Position numbers and translations under genes: made by a program. Source: Bacillota bacterium (GTDB taxonomy: Bacteria > Bacillota_I > Bacilli_A > Erysipelotrichales > Erysipelotrichaceae). Taken from it: a stretch of 64,000 nucleotides of DNA. The notes under the pieces are model-generated. The model made no database searches. It saw nothing but the letters and a program-made list of their open reading frames with translations, and was not told the DNA's origin. The DNA lies in contig JAGHTX010000163.1 in the NCBI GenBank assembly GCA_018065105.1, positions 14,100 to 78,099 of the forward strand, read 5' to 3'. The stretch's first letter is position 1. Each line of letters begins with the position of its first letter. This document shows, one piece after another, positions 1-10,074 of this stretch.

Positions 1-114
1 ATTCCATTCCAACAATAAAGATTTATATTTTTCAAACTGATCCATTTGTACATCACTTACTTGGATTCCATCGTTTTTTAAGATTTCGATAAATTCATTT
101 TTATTCATATTCAT
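1..114 (-). CDS. rsmG: 16S rRNA m7G methyltransferase RsmG/GidB, 5' fragment (gene runs off the left edge of the window)
   Basis: Not in the ORF track because there is no stop in the window. The reverse complement of 1-114 reads MNMNKNEFIEILKNDGIQVSDVQMDQFEKYKSLLLEWN, which fits the conserved RsmG N-terminus (..QF..Y..LL.EWN). Start is the ATG at 114 or at 108. Confidence 0.6.
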   Translation of the reverse strand, partial: MNMNKNEFIEILKNDGIQVSDVQMDQFEKYKSLLLEWN

Positions 115-163
115 CACCACTCAATGATTATATCATATCCTTTCTATAACTAAACTACAATTT

Positions 164-183
164 AAAAAGACACTATTCGTGTC
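164..183 (-). terminator. intrinsic terminator after CDS 205-630
   Basis: Minus-strand hairpin GACAC-GAATA-GTGTC followed by a T5 run (A-run 164-168 on the plus strand), about 20 nt past the stop codon. Confidence 0.55.
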
Positions 184-204
184 ATTTTAAATATATTTCA
201 ACTA

Positions 205-630
205 TTATCCTTCACTTTCCCAGAAGTTTTTTACCGCAACTTGAATACTTTCTACATATTCTTTTTCATCATCCATACCGATATTGGCACCGAATCCTAA
301 GGCGTTGCTGACAAATCCTTCTCCGTCTTCTTCTAAACAATCATCCAATTGTTGAATTTCTGATAATAAATCGATGTATGTGTACTCTCCAATTGATTTT
401 CCATTTAATGTCGTCTTTTCTGGAGAAGTACATAAAATAAAGCTCACGCAATTATTTTCATCATATACAATTTGAAAGTCATCATTAATATCGTATTGAA
501 TTACATGTGTATATCCATATGGTAATTCTGTCCATTCCTTTAAATTTTTAAATAGTGCTTTTACCTCACTACGTGGCATCCCAATTTTGATGTCCCCAAT
601 GGCTTCTCCTAATTTAATTTCGTAGATCAT
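205..630 (-). CDS. hypothetical acidic protein (141 aa), family not recognised
   Basis: ORF track 205-657, trimmed to the ATG at 630 (MIYEIKLGEA..). GGAGG lies 7 nt upstream, and the GTG at 657 lies inside the upstream gene. Confidence 0.6.
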   Translation of the reverse strand: MIYEIKLGEAIGDIKIGMPRSEVKALFKNLKEWTELPYGYTHVIQYDINDDFQIVYDENNCVSFILCTSPEKTTLNGKSIGEYTYIDLLSEIQQLDDCLEEDGEGFVSNALGFGANIGMDDEKEYVESIQVAVKNFWESEG

Positions 631-1268
631 ATTTTTTCCTCCATATTTTTCATACACTTTGGTAATTCTTTTATATCTTCTATTATCGCATCTGGAGCAA
701 TACTTTGTCCAAACCCATACTTCGCAAAAATGAATGGAATCCCTGCCTGTCTGGTCGATTTTTCATCTCCTGCTGTATCTCCCACATATACGGCTTTCTC
801 TATATGATTTCTTTTCATAATCAAAGAAATGTTGTCAGCCTTTGATAAATGCGTTCTTCCTTCCATTTCAATATCTTTAAAATACTTTTCAAGCTTATGA
901 GAATGCAAAAATGCTGGTATATATCCATCTTGGCAGTTACTGACGATAAACAAATCGTAATTCTTATTTAATTCGATTAAAGTCTCTTCCAATCCATCAT
1001 AAAGGATTGCCCCATGTTCATGCAAATATTCCACTTCCACTTTTCCAAAATCTTCGCAAACGACCATTCGCTCTTTTTCAGAAAAATTTGGAAAGAGTAT
1101 TTCACCGATTTCTTCCATGGTTTTTCCCATTAAACTTGCGGCAATTTCTGGTGTCATATGATAATCTAGATTTCCATATTTATGGATTACTTTTGTCCAT
1201 ATTGCACTTGAACTTCCTGTGGCATCCCACAAAGTTCCATCCAAATCAAAAATTATTGCGTTTCTCAT
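627..1268 (-). CDS. HAD-superfamily hydrolase (phosphatase, subfamily IA-like)
   Basis: Motif I DLDGTLWD directly after the start MRNAIIF. Further HAD motifs SN.. and VGDTAGDEKS are present. Trimmed to the ATG at 1268, which has AAGGAG upstream. Confidence 0.8.
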   Translation of the reverse strand: MRNAIIFDLDGTLWDATGSSSAIWTKVIHKYGNLDYHMTPEIAASLMGKTMEEIGEILFPNFSEKERMVVCEDFGKVEVEYLHEHGAILYDGLEETLIELNKNYDLFIVSNCQDGYIPAFLHSHKLEKYFKDIEMEGRTHLSKADNISLIMKRNHIEKAVYVGDTAGDEKSTRQAGIPFIFAKYGFGQSIAPDAIIEDIKELPKCMKNMEEKI

Positions 1269-1313
1269 AAAACTCTCCTTAAAAGAAAGGAACATAGTTA
1301 TTTATGTTCCATT

Positions 1314-2396
1314 TTATCGCATAAGATTATTAATTAATTGTACTACACGTTCCGTATTTTTTCCGTCTTTGTGTTCCATAAATTTTTCTTGGAAAAGTTT
1401 TCTTTGTGAAGAATATGTATCTTCTTCCAATATAGCTTGAATAAGCTCTTCTTCATCGATACAAACAGGTCCGGCAAAATCCTTTTTATAATCCATGTTG
1501 TATCCAATCGTTTGATTGTATTCTTCATAATCGGGAGTATATCCGATCATCTTCTTATCCAGCAAGGAATAATCAAAGAAAATAGATGAGTAATCACTGA
1601 TCATACAATCACTGACTTGCATCAACATATATAAATCTTCTCCATTTGTGTTTACTAGATTGTTTCCTTCAACAACTACATTTTTTAATAATGGATGGAA
1701 TTTATATAAGATTTTATAATCTTCCCCTAAAGCTTTTGATACTCTTTCTAAATCAAAAGAATTTACTTTTAAACCATCAATGATATTTCCTCTAAAGGTT
1801 GGTGCGTATAATACCAATTTTTTTCCTCTACATTCTGGAAATTTTTGATAGAAGTTTTCTTTTTTATCTACCGTCAACAATTCATCAATTCTTGGAAGTC
1901 CAGTTGTATAGATATTTTTTGAATCTATTCCAAAAGCTTCTGAAAAAGAATCTTTCCAATATTCTGCGTTACAAAGAAGCGCATCATAATTGCGAACGGG
2001 ATATTGTCTTTTAATTTGATTCCCAAATTTTTTTACAGCACCACACGCATGCCAGGTTTGTAGAACCTTTACTCCTTTTGGCTTTTTCATACTGACAATG
2101 TAGTTATTGTCATTTAGAATCACCAATTCACAGCTTTTCATGATAACCAGTTGTTTCAAACAATTTAGAAAATATAGAAAATCCCCTTTTAGATTTTTTT
2201 CGAAGACTAACAGGTTAGTACGAAGGTCGTATTTCCCTTCCTTTTCCAAGGCTTCATAAATCGATTTAAAATCACTACTTAATTCTTTTTGCGTTAATGA
2301 ATTGAAAAGAATTCTTCCTTTTTTGGGATGAATGAAAAAGGTCAACACATCAATAATCGCTAAAGCTATATTTAATATTTTTTTACTAAGTCCCAT
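1314..2396 (-). CDS. CDP-glycerol glycerophosphotransferase family protein (TagB/TagF type)
   Basis: Family motifs QTWHA, YAPTFRG and SDYSSIFFDY. Lies in a cluster with tagD, tagG and tagH. Confidence 0.8.
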   Translation of the reverse strand: MGLSKKILNIALAIIDVLTFFIHPKKGRILFNSLTQKELSSDFKSIYEALEKEGKYDLRTNLLVFEKNLKGDFLYFLNCLKQLVIMKSCELVILNDNNYIVSMKKPKGVKVLQTWHACGAVKKFGNQIKRQYPVRNYDALLCNAEYWKDSFSEAFGIDSKNIYTTGLPRIDELLTVDKKENFYQKFPECRGKKLVLYAPTFRGNIIDGLKVNSFDLERVSKALGEDYKILYKFHPLLKNVVVEGNNLVNTNGEDLYMLMQVSDCMISDYSSIFFDYSLLDKKMIGYTPDYEEYNQTIGYNMDYKKDFAGPVCIDEEELIQAILEEDTYSSQRKLFQEKFMEHKDGKNTERVVQLINNLMR

Positions 2397-2397
2397 A

Positions 2398-3651
2398 TTA
2401 TTTATGTCCTTCTGCGTATAAAATATCTAATACACGAACACTAGCCTTACCATCATCTAAATTATTGAAACGTTCATTAAAAGCTTTCATTCGTGAATTG
2501 TCATAAACGTTATTTTGAATGTCTAACAACATCTTTTCTTCTTCTGTATAGATTTCTCCTGGAAGATCTTTATGAATATCTAAATAGAAACCTCTTAAGT
2601 CTTGGGCATATTCTTCGATATCATACATATAGAAATAAATTGGTCTCTTTAGTATCGCATAATCAAAGAATACAGAAGAATAATCGGTGATTAGTACATC
2701 ACTCAATACATACAATTCATTAATTTCCGCTGTTGCATCAATAGAGTATAGAAATCCGTGTAAGGCTGGATCGTCATTTTGGGTATTGATAATTAGATAG
2801 TGTGGTTTAAAAATCACAATTGTATCTTCATCTAAAATTTCTTTCCACTTTCTGAAATTCGCCTTTAGCTCAAATGTATATCCTGCAGCTACATAAGAAT
2901 TATCTCTCCAGGTTGGCGCATAGAGTACGATTTTTTTATCCAATGGTAAATTGTATTTCTTTTTTAGCGCAACAATTTCATCTTCTGTCGCATTGGCAAT
3001 AAAACAGTTTCTTGGATATCCTGTTTCAATCAATCTCTCTTTATTGATTCTAAAAGAAGTTTGGAATACTTCTGTACAGAATTTATTAGGACTGATCATG
3101 AAGTTATATCTAGCAACATCCATGTCATAAGACTCACACATTTTTTCATAAGATACACCCGAACGATAGAATGTGGTATCTTCAGATACATCAATATCGT
3201 GGGCTAATCGTTTTAATGGAGTTCCATGCCAGGTTTGAAGATATATTTGATTTTCTTTTTTGGCAATATATTCTGGCATCTTACAGTTGATTACCCAATA
3301 TTTCGCTTTTGACATGTAGTAGAAATAAGGAATACTAAAGTATTCTTTTATTTCTGCCCCTGGAATGTTTAAATTCTTTTGTTGGGCATTTTTTATAAAC
3401 CAGATAAAACGATATCCATTCCATCTAGGATCTTTAACCATTTCTTCATAAATAGCTCGCGGATTGTCGGAATATCCTCTTCCGTGGAAAGAGATAAAAA
3501 TAACGATTTTGTCATCCACTTTTACCAATTTATATAGAGCATGATATGTGAATCGTATGATTTTACCAGCTAATTTCTTAATGGGTCTTGAAATTTTTAA
3601 CATTAAATCTTTGTTCATAGTCTTACCTATATGGTAAAAAGCCTTTTTCAA
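2398..3651 (-). CDS. CDP-glycerol glycerophosphotransferase family protein (TagF type)
   Basis: Motifs QTWHGTPLKRL, YAPTWRD and TDYSSVFFDY. Its stop is 1 nt from the next gene's start, indicating an operon. Confidence 0.8.
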   Translation of the reverse strand: MKKAFYHIGKTMNKDLMLKISRPIKKLAGKIIRFTYHALYKLVKVDDKIVIFISFHGRGYSDNPRAIYEEMVKDPRWNGYRFIWFIKNAQQKNLNIPGAEIKEYFSIPYFYYMSKAKYWVINCKMPEYIAKKENQIYLQTWHGTPLKRLAHDIDVSEDTTFYRSGVSYEKMCESYDMDVARYNFMISPNKFCTEVFQTSFRINKERLIETGYPRNCFIANATEDEIVALKKKYNLPLDKKIVLYAPTWRDNSYVAAGYTFELKANFRKWKEILDEDTIVIFKPHYLIINTQNDDPALHGFLYSIDATAEINELYVLSDVLITDYSSVFFDYAILKRPIYFYMYDIEEYAQDLRGFYLDIHKDLPGEIYTEEEKMLLDIQNNVYDNSRMKAFNERFNNLDDGKASVRVLDILYAEGHK

Positions 3652-3660
3652 GGCTTTTTA

Positions 3661-5919
3661 TTACTTATTCTTTCCAAATACTTCTTTTACGATGTTTTCA
3701 CTCGCATGACCATCATCGTAAGAACAGAATCGATTATAGAATTCTTTATATCTTTGTGCGTATTGTTCGTTGATTTGATCAATATTTTGAATGGCATCCA
3801 CAACTTCTTCACTTGTGTATAGTAGTGGTCCTGGAACTTCATCTTGCATAGAAATATAGAATCCACGTAATTGATTTTTATATTTTTCAATATCGTATGT
3901 ATAGAATAAAATTGGTCGTTTTAAGTTTGCGTAATCAAAGAATACACTTGAGTAATCGGTAATACAAATATCACTGATCAAATAAATCTCACTGATATCG
4001 TCGTACTTACTTAAGTTGTATACGAATCCTTCTAATCCAGTTGTATCGATATTGTCTGCAATATAGTGGTGAGTACGAAGTAAAACTACATATTCATCCC
4101 CTAGTTTTTCCTTCATCATTTGAAGATCTAAAGCCAATGTAAATTTATATTTACCAGAACCATAGCTTTCATCGTCACGCCAAGTTGGGGCATAAAGAAT
4201 GGTCTTTTTATCTGTAGGGATACCTAGTTTTGCGCGTAAATCTTTCGCAATTTCATCTTTGTTGTCGTAATACATGATATCGTTTCTTGGATATCCATAT
4301 TCCAACATTGGTCCATCATACATGAAACAGCTACGGAATGTTTTTGTTGAGAATGGGTTGGCACTTACCAAATAATCCCAATCTGTTCTTTGACGATAGA
4401 ATTGTTGTTTGTACTTTGGTGCTGCACTTGTTACTTCTTCTTGGTCAAATACTAAACGTTTTAATGGTGTTCCATGCCAAGTTTCTACAAAGACTTGTCC
4501 TTCTCTTTTTCTATACCATAATGGTTGTCGTACGTTGAATACTAAGTATTTAGATACGGCCAAATAGTAAGCGTATTGGAAAGAGAAGCGTTTTACGGTT
4601 TTAGCTCCATAAGGAACTTGGGTTCCATTGTTGATAGCCCATACACAAGTAAATTGATCTCCATATTCTTTTACCAAGGCTTCATAGATATACTTTGGTG
4701 AATCCGAGTAATTCTTTGCCATGAAAGTTTCGAACAATACGACATTCTCTTTAATTGGTTGTTTTAAATAAATATGGTAATAAGCCAATTTATAAAGCGT
4801 ATTAATATTTCTATCTTTTAAGATTTTTAATAATTTACTCTTTCCTAATTTGAAACGAACACTCTTTTGTACCTTTTTGATATCTCCTGACATAAATGCC
4901 ATTAAGATTTTTTGGTTTTGTGTTCCTAAATTGTCCAATACTTGAGGATGGCTTTCCATTAAGTATGGAACGATCATATCAAAATATTCATTTCTCCATT
5001 TACTGTCTTTTGAACGACGTACTTTCTTAGCCATGTAGTTTGTCGCAAAGTGAGCAAATTTCATATCAATGAAGTAGCGGACATTTCCTTGTGGATCGAT
5101 TAAATCACGAGTGTATCCAATGGCCTTACAACGTTCTTCAAAACGGTTTTCACTATCTTCTTGCCACAACGCTGGTTTATTGATTGGGTCGTTGTGTTTT
5201 CTCTTGACATAAACCGCTTCTTTACAACGAGTCGCACGATTTACTTTTTCTAAAGCTGGACACATAAATGTCATATCGGAATAGTATCGTAGTTCTTCAT
5301 TGAAAGATAATTCGTTTTCTAGAATAAATGAGCGTTTATATAAGTTACCTAAAGCTGTAAATCCAGTGATTCCTTTTCTATTTCTTTCTAGGAAATAAAT
5401 GGCCATTTCTTGTTCAATATTGCTTCCTACTGGTAAAGAAGATACATAGTTTTCGATTTTTTCTTGACGTTCCGCTTCTTTTTCTTCTAATTCCGCTTGA
5501 CGGTCTTCAGAATCGTTACTTTCTTCTTTTTTAGCTTGTTTATCTAAGAAATTCGCTTTGTTGTTCCATGTATTTTTTACTACACCATAAACTAAATCAT
5601 CGTCTTCTTTAATAGCGTTGACTAATAGTTCCAATGTATCCTCTAATACATAGTCATCTGAATCTAAAAAGTAAATATATTCTCCAGTTGCCGCTTTCAC
5701 TCCTTCATTGCGGGCTGCTGCACAACCACTTTTTTCATTTAAGTTTACAATTTTTATATCCATGCCTTGTGGAAATACCGAAGTAACATTTTCAGTAGTG
5801 TGATCTAATACAAGAACAACTTCAAAATCTTTATATGTACTTTCTTGTAACGATGCAAAACATTCCTTTAAATAATTTAGATATTTCCAGAATGGAATGA
5901 TTATACTAATCTTTTTCAT
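3661..5919 (-). CDS. bifunctional family-2 glycosyltransferase / CDP-glycerol glycerophosphotransferase fusion (752 aa)
   Basis: The N-terminus is GT-A/GT2-like (ISIIIPFWKY.., LDSDD motif). The C-terminal half carries ETWHGTPLKRL, YAPTWRDD and TDYSSVFFDY (TagF domain). Confidence 0.8.
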   Translation of the reverse strand: MKKISIIIPFWKYLNYLKECFASLQESTYKDFEVVLVLDHTTENVTSVFPQGMDIKIVNLNEKSGCAAARNEGVKAATGEYIYFLDSDDYVLEDTLELLVNAIKEDDDLVYGVVKNTWNNKANFLDKQAKKEESNDSEDRQAELEEKEAERQEKIENYVSSLPVGSNIEQEMAIYFLERNRKGITGFTALGNLYKRSFILENELSFNEELRYYSDMTFMCPALEKVNRATRCKEAVYVKRKHNDPINKPALWQEDSENRFEERCKAIGYTRDLIDPQGNVRYFIDMKFAHFATNYMAKKVRRSKDSKWRNEYFDMIVPYLMESHPQVLDNLGTQNQKILMAFMSGDIKKVQKSVRFKLGKSKLLKILKDRNINTLYKLAYYHIYLKQPIKENVVLFETFMAKNYSDSPKYIYEALVKEYGDQFTCVWAINNGTQVPYGAKTVKRFSFQYAYYLAVSKYLVFNVRQPLWYRKREGQVFVETWHGTPLKRLVFDQEEVTSAAPKYKQQFYRQRTDWDYLVSANPFSTKTFRSCFMYDGPMLEYGYPRNDIMYYDNKDEIAKDLRAKLGIPTDKKTILYAPTWRDDESYGSGKYKFTLALDLQMMKEKLGDEYVVLLRTHHYIADNIDTTGLEGFVYNLSKYDDISEIYLISDICITDYSSVFFDYANLKRPILFYTYDIEKYKNQLRGFYISMQDEVPGPLLYTSEEVVDAIQNIDQINEQYAQRYKEFYNRFCSYDDGHASENIVKEVFGKNK

Positions 5920-6308
5920 TATTTCCCCTTTAAATCGCCTTTAATTTGTGTTGTACTAATTCCTACGGTTCTTGGAAGATAAACGACTTCACAATATTGA
6001 CGTAAATCGTTAAATTTTCCTTTCCAGTCATCTCCCATTACAACGATATCTACATTGTATTTTTGGATGTCTTTTACTTTTTGTTCCCATGATGTTTCAG
6101 GAATAACTTTGTCAACATAACGGATAGCACGAACGATTTCCATGCGGTCTACGTCACAGATTTCACATTTCTTTCCTTTTAATGCGTTGAATTCATCAGT
6201 ACTTACCGCAACAATTAGGTAATCTCCTAATTCTTTAGCACGTCTTAATAAGTTTAAGTGTCCAATGTGAAATAAATCAAATGTTCCATATGTAATAACT
6301 GTTCTCAT
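5919..6308 (-). CDS. tagD: glycerol-3-phosphate cytidylyltransferase
   Basis: 129 aa with N-terminus VITYGTFDLFHIGH (the HxGH nucleotidyltransferase motif). The size is typical of TagD/TarD. Confidence 0.92.
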   Translation of the reverse strand: MRTVITYGTFDLFHIGHLNLLRRAKELGDYLIVAVSTDEFNALKGKKCEICDVDRMEIVRAIRYVDKVIPETSWEQKVKDIQKYNVDIVVMGDDWKGKFNDLRQYCEVVYLPRTVGISTTQIKGDLKGK

Positions 6309-6320
6309 ATATATTTCCTC

Positions 6321-7142
6321 CTATTCAAACAATCGATTTAATAATGACTTTTTAGGCTTTTCTTTTATAATACGCTTTTCAAACTTTTCTTTAATAAGTT
6401 TTTTCTGTTCTTTTTTTGTCATCGAATTCAATTCTTGTACATACTCATCATAATGATCTGCAACAGTATCAATGTCTCCGTATTCTCGTAATTCTCCACC
6501 TTCGATCCATAGAGCGGTTGTACAGAATGACTTAACTTGAGGTAAAGAGTGGGAAATAAAGATAATTGTCTTTCCTTGTTCTTTTAGCTCATTCATTTTA
6601 TCAATACATTTTTTGGCAAATCGTTTATCACCAACCGATAAGGCTTCATCGACAATCATAATATCTGGGTCTAATGCCAAGTTGATTGAGAATCCTAAAC
6701 GGGATTTCATTCCTGAAGAATATTTTTTTACAGGTTGATATAAGAAATCTCCTAATTCCGCAAAATCAATAACATCATCAATAATTTTTTGAACTTGTTT
6801 CTTTTTAAACCCTAATAATGCACCTTTTAGCTGGATGTTTTCTAAACCTGTTAATTGTTGATTTAATCCAGTTTGAATAGCAATCAAAGCTTGTTCCCCA
6901 TTGACGGTAATGGTTCCTTCTTCTGGATTTGAAATTCCTGATAAAATAATTGACATAGTAGATTTTCCAGACCCATTTGTTCCTAGAATCCCTACAACTT
7001 CGCCAACAGGAATTTTAAAACTGATATCTTTTAGAGCATAGAATCTTTTTCCAGCATCTTTTTTATCTTTCGATTTTAAAGAATAAATCTTAGATACGTG
7101 ATCAAATATAACTGCATATTTTTCTTCCATACTTTTCACCAC
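6321..7142 (-). CDS. tagH: teichoic acid export ABC transporter, ATP-binding protein
   Basis: Walker A GTNGSGKST, ABC signature YSSGM and Walker B MIVDEALS. Adjacent to an ABC-2 permease gene and tagD. Confidence 0.88.
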   Translation of the reverse strand: MVKSMEEKYAVIFDHVSKIYSLKSKDKKDAGKRFYALKDISFKIPVGEVVGILGTNGSGKSTMSIILSGISNPEEGTITVNGEQALIAIQTGLNQQLTGLENIQLKGALLGFKKKQVQKIIDDVIDFAELGDFLYQPVKKYSSGMKSRLGFSINLALDPDIMIVDEALSVGDKRFAKKCIDKMNELKEQGKTIIFISHSLPQVKSFCTTALWIEGGELREYGDIDTVADHYDEYVQELNSMTKKEQKKLIKEKFEKRIIKEKPKKSLLNRLFE

Positions 7143-8033
7143 CTAAATTAAATCGGCAAATTTCGCTTTAAACTTGTGCATCAAAACACTTCCAATTGCG
7201 AATAGCGTAATAGTGATTGCCCAGAAACACATGGCTCTAAAGCGATATGGCCAAAATCCTAAATGATAGAAAAAACAATCTCTATATCCAGCAACGACAT
7301 AGTAAATTGGATTAGCTTTCATAATAATTTGTAGCCATTTAATATCATCAAAACGTGATAATGGCCAAAGAATTGGAGTCATATACAACAATAAACGCAT
7401 AATAGAAGATACGAATTTCTTTGTGTCACGTGCCAACATATTTAATACGCTTGTACACATTGTAATGGAGATGCTAAAGCACACCGCGCAAAAACAATAA
7501 TAAAGCAATCCTAGCCAATACACACTTGGATAAATTCCTTGAATAATAAAAATCACAAACACAATAACCATCAAACAAGCGTGATTAAACAATTCTTTTA
7601 AAACAACAGTAGCTGGTAAGATACTTACTGGGAATTTCATCTTTGAAATCATCTTTGAGTGTTGGAAAATCGCATTGCATCCATCTACGATACATGGTCG
7701 AATAAAGAACCAGCATACCATTCCTGCAATCATCCAATCAAAAAAAGCAATTTCATCAACATCTTTTCGATTCATAACCAATCCAAACACAAACCAATAT
7801 GTCAAAACATTGATCGTTGGCGAAGCAAAATTCCAGAAGATTCCTAATCGGGAATCTCGAATATCGGCTAATACTTCATACTTTGCGATTGAATATATAC
7901 GATATACATTCGAAAAGTTTTCTGTTAATACATATTTTATACTTTGAAACATATTTTCACCTTCATTTTTTACTAGCTTTAATGTATCACAAATTAAGAC
8001 ATAATAAAAGAAGGCTAATATATAGCCTTCCAT
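7143..8033 (-). CDS. tagG: teichoic acid export ABC-2 type permease
   Basis: Polytopic ABC-2 permease immediately upstream of tagH. The ATG at 8033 has AGGAG 8 nt upstream. The alternative start ATG 7952 (MFQSIKYVL.., AAGGTGA upstream) gives a more typical N-terminus, so the start is unresolved. Confidence 0.8.
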   Translation of the reverse strand: MEGYILAFFYYVLICDTLKLVKNEGENMFQSIKYVLTENFSNVYRIYSIAKYEVLADIRDSRLGIFWNFASPTINVLTYWFVFGLVMNRKDVDEIAFFDWMIAGMVCWFFIRPCIVDGCNAIFQHSKMISKMKFPVSILPATVVLKELFNHACLMVIVFVIFIIQGIYPSVYWLGLLYYCFCAVCFSISITMCTSVLNMLARDTKKFVSSIMRLLLYMTPILWPLSRFDDIKWLQIIMKANPIYYVVAGYRDCFFYHLGFWPYRFRAMCFWAITITLFAIGSVLMHKFKAKFADLI

Positions 8034-8100
8034 TGCGTATTCTTCTCCTTTCCACTTTCATTATAAGAAAGCGTTCTTACAAAAAAGTGAAATATTTGAA

Positions 8101-8400
8101 TTATTCTTCCTTATTCTCGATTTCTTCTTCACTATCTTCGTCATCAAGTGCAATTTTGTCTGTATCCATTACACTTTCTGAATAAGTGTGGCGCTTTTTA
8201 AGATCCCAAGTATTTCCGGCTAGATTTAAGAAACGGCTATCAATAGATAAATCTGTGTAGAATTGTGCAATGTTATCTTCGAATTGTGTCTCATTAAATC
8301 CCATTTCTTTGCTTACATGTTGATACAATTCAATAAATGGAATACTCCCGTCGTGTTCATTCACTACTTGAAAAGCGATTTCAATCATTGATTTTTTCAT
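8101..8400 (-). CDS. rpoE: DNA-directed RNA polymerase delta subunit
   Basis: N-terminal domain of about 70 aa (SMIEIAFQVV...FIELY...FYTDL..D.RF) followed by a poly-acidic C-terminal tail (DDEDSEEEIENKEE). This is the RpoE architecture. Confidence 0.8.
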   Translation of the reverse strand: MKKSMIEIAFQVVNEHDGSIPFIELYQHVSKEMGFNETQFEDNIAQFYTDLSIDSRFLNLAGNTWDLKKRHTYSESVMDTDKIALDDEDSEEEIENKEE

Positions 8401-8439
8401 AAACTGTAACTCCTTAATAAATTATTATAAATATTTTCG

Positions 8440-10074
8440 CTACATAGATTCTACGGCTTCAACACCGATACAATCTAAAGCGTTAGCTAACACGATTTGT
8501 GTAGCTTTTACAAGCGCTAATCTTTGTGCGCTTAATTCCAAGTTTTCTCTATCCACTACTTTACATGCGTTATAGAAGCTGTGGAACTTCGAAGCTAAAT
8601 TTTGAATGTAGTGACATACTTTGTGCACTTGTCTAGTTTTAGCTGTTTCAATAATAACTTTATTAAATTCTTGAATTGTCTTCATTAAATCAATTTCTTT
8701 TACGTGTGTTAATAATTCAAATGAAGTAGCCAATTCAATGTCTGTTGCTTGTTTTTGGATTGAGCACATACGAGCGTGTGCATATTGTGCATAATACACA
8801 GGATTTTCATTTGATTTTTTAGTAGCTAATTCGATATCGAAGTCTAAGTGTGAATCTAAAGCTCTTTGTACAAAGAAATAACGTGCTGCATCAACTCCAA
8901 CTCTTTCGCAAAGTTCGTTGATCGTAGTCGCATTTCCTTCACGTTTAGACATCTTCATTTCAACACCATTGCTTACTAAACGAACCATTTGGATAATATC
9001 TACACTTAACATGTCTGGATTGTTTCCTAAAGCAGACATACTCGCTTTTAAACGAGGAATATATCCATGGTGGTCAGCTCCAAAGAAGTCTACTAATATA
9101 TCAAATCCTCTTTGTGCCTTATCGTTGTGATATGCGATATCTGGAACTAAATATGTATATGAACCATCTTGTTTACGAAGTACACGATCTTTATCATCAC
9201 CAAAATCAGTTGTTCTAAACCATAAAGCCCCTTCTTGTTCATATAAATATCCTTTTTCTCTTAAGATATCTAATGCTTCTTCGACTTTTCCTGCATCACG
9301 AATGGCTTGTTCACTTGACCAAACATCAAACGCAACACGATATTGTGCTAAGTGATCTTTGATTTTATCTAATTCGAAACGAATTCCTTCTTGACGGAAG
9401 AATTTTAAATTTTCATCGGTTGGTTCTAAATAAACATTTGGATATTGCTTAGCTAATTCATATCCTTTTTCTTTAACGTCCGCTCCATTGTATCCATCTT
9501 TACCGATTTCTGTATCGATACCATGAGCTTGACGATATCTTGCGTTTAAAGAAAGAGCTAAATTTGTGATTTGGTTTCCCGCATCATTTACATAGTATTC
9601 ACGAGTTACATCGTATCCAGCTTTTTTCATGATACGAGCACAGCTATCTCCCCAAGCCGCACCACGAGCGTGACCTAAGTGAAGCGATCCTGTTGGGTTA
9701 GCAGAAACATATTCAAGATTCGCTTTGATTCCATTGGCAGGTTGTACTCCATACATTTCTTTTTTAGCTAATACATCACTAATAACTTTAGTAAATTGAT
9801 CCTTTGCCAACACAAAGTTTAAAAATCCAGGTCCAGCAATTTCTACAGAAGCAACTTGTGGACAATCTAAGTTATCAATAATAGCTTGTGCAATTAGGCG
9901 TGGGTTCTTACGAAGCTTCTTTGTAAGTTGCATTGCAACATTACTTGAAAAATCCCCGTGTTCTTTATTCTTTGGAATTTCAATTACGATTTGTTCCCAA
10001 TTCACTTCTTCTTCAAAAGCTTTAAAAACTGCATTCGCAAGTGCCTTTTTTAATTCCACGTCGATGGATTCCAT
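8440..10074 (-). CDS. argS: arginine--tRNA ligase
   Basis: Class I HIGH-type motif (SANPTGSLHLGHARG), an MSKREGN (KMSKS-like) motif and full ArgS length. Trimmed to the ATG at 10074 (MESIDVE..), which has GGAGG 7 nt upstream. Confidence 0.93.
   Translation of the reverse strand: MESIDVELKKALANAVFKAFEEEVNWEQIVIEIPKNKEHGDFSSNVAMQLTKKLRKNPRLIAQAIIDNLDCPQVASVEIAGPGFLNFVLAKDQFTKVISDVLAKKEMYGVQPANGIKANLEYVSANPTGSLHLGHARGAAWGDSCARIMKKAGYDVTREYYVNDAGNQITNLALSLNARYRQAHGIDTEIGKDGYNGADVKEKGYELAKQYPNVYLEPTDENLKFFRQEGIRFELDKIKDHLAQYRVAFDVWSSEQAIRDAGKVEEALDILREKGYLYEQEGALWFRTTDFGDDKDRVLRKQDGSYTYLVPDIAYHNDKAQRGFDILVDFFGADHHGYIPRLKASMSALGNNPDMLSVDIIQMVRLVSNGVEMKMSKREGNATTINELCERVGVDAARYFFVQRALDSHLDFDIELATKKSNENPVYYAQYAHARMCSIQKQATDIELATSFELLTHVKEIDLMKTIQEFNKVIIETAKTRQVHKVCHYIQNLASKFHSFYNACKVVDRENLELSAQRLALVKATQIVLANALDCIGVEAVESM

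Noticed and set aside
7419-7436. parS-like CACGTG-centred sequence (TGTGTCACGTGCCAAC) in tagG
   Set aside because: It has five or more mismatches to the 16-bp consensus, and only the central CACGTG is shared.
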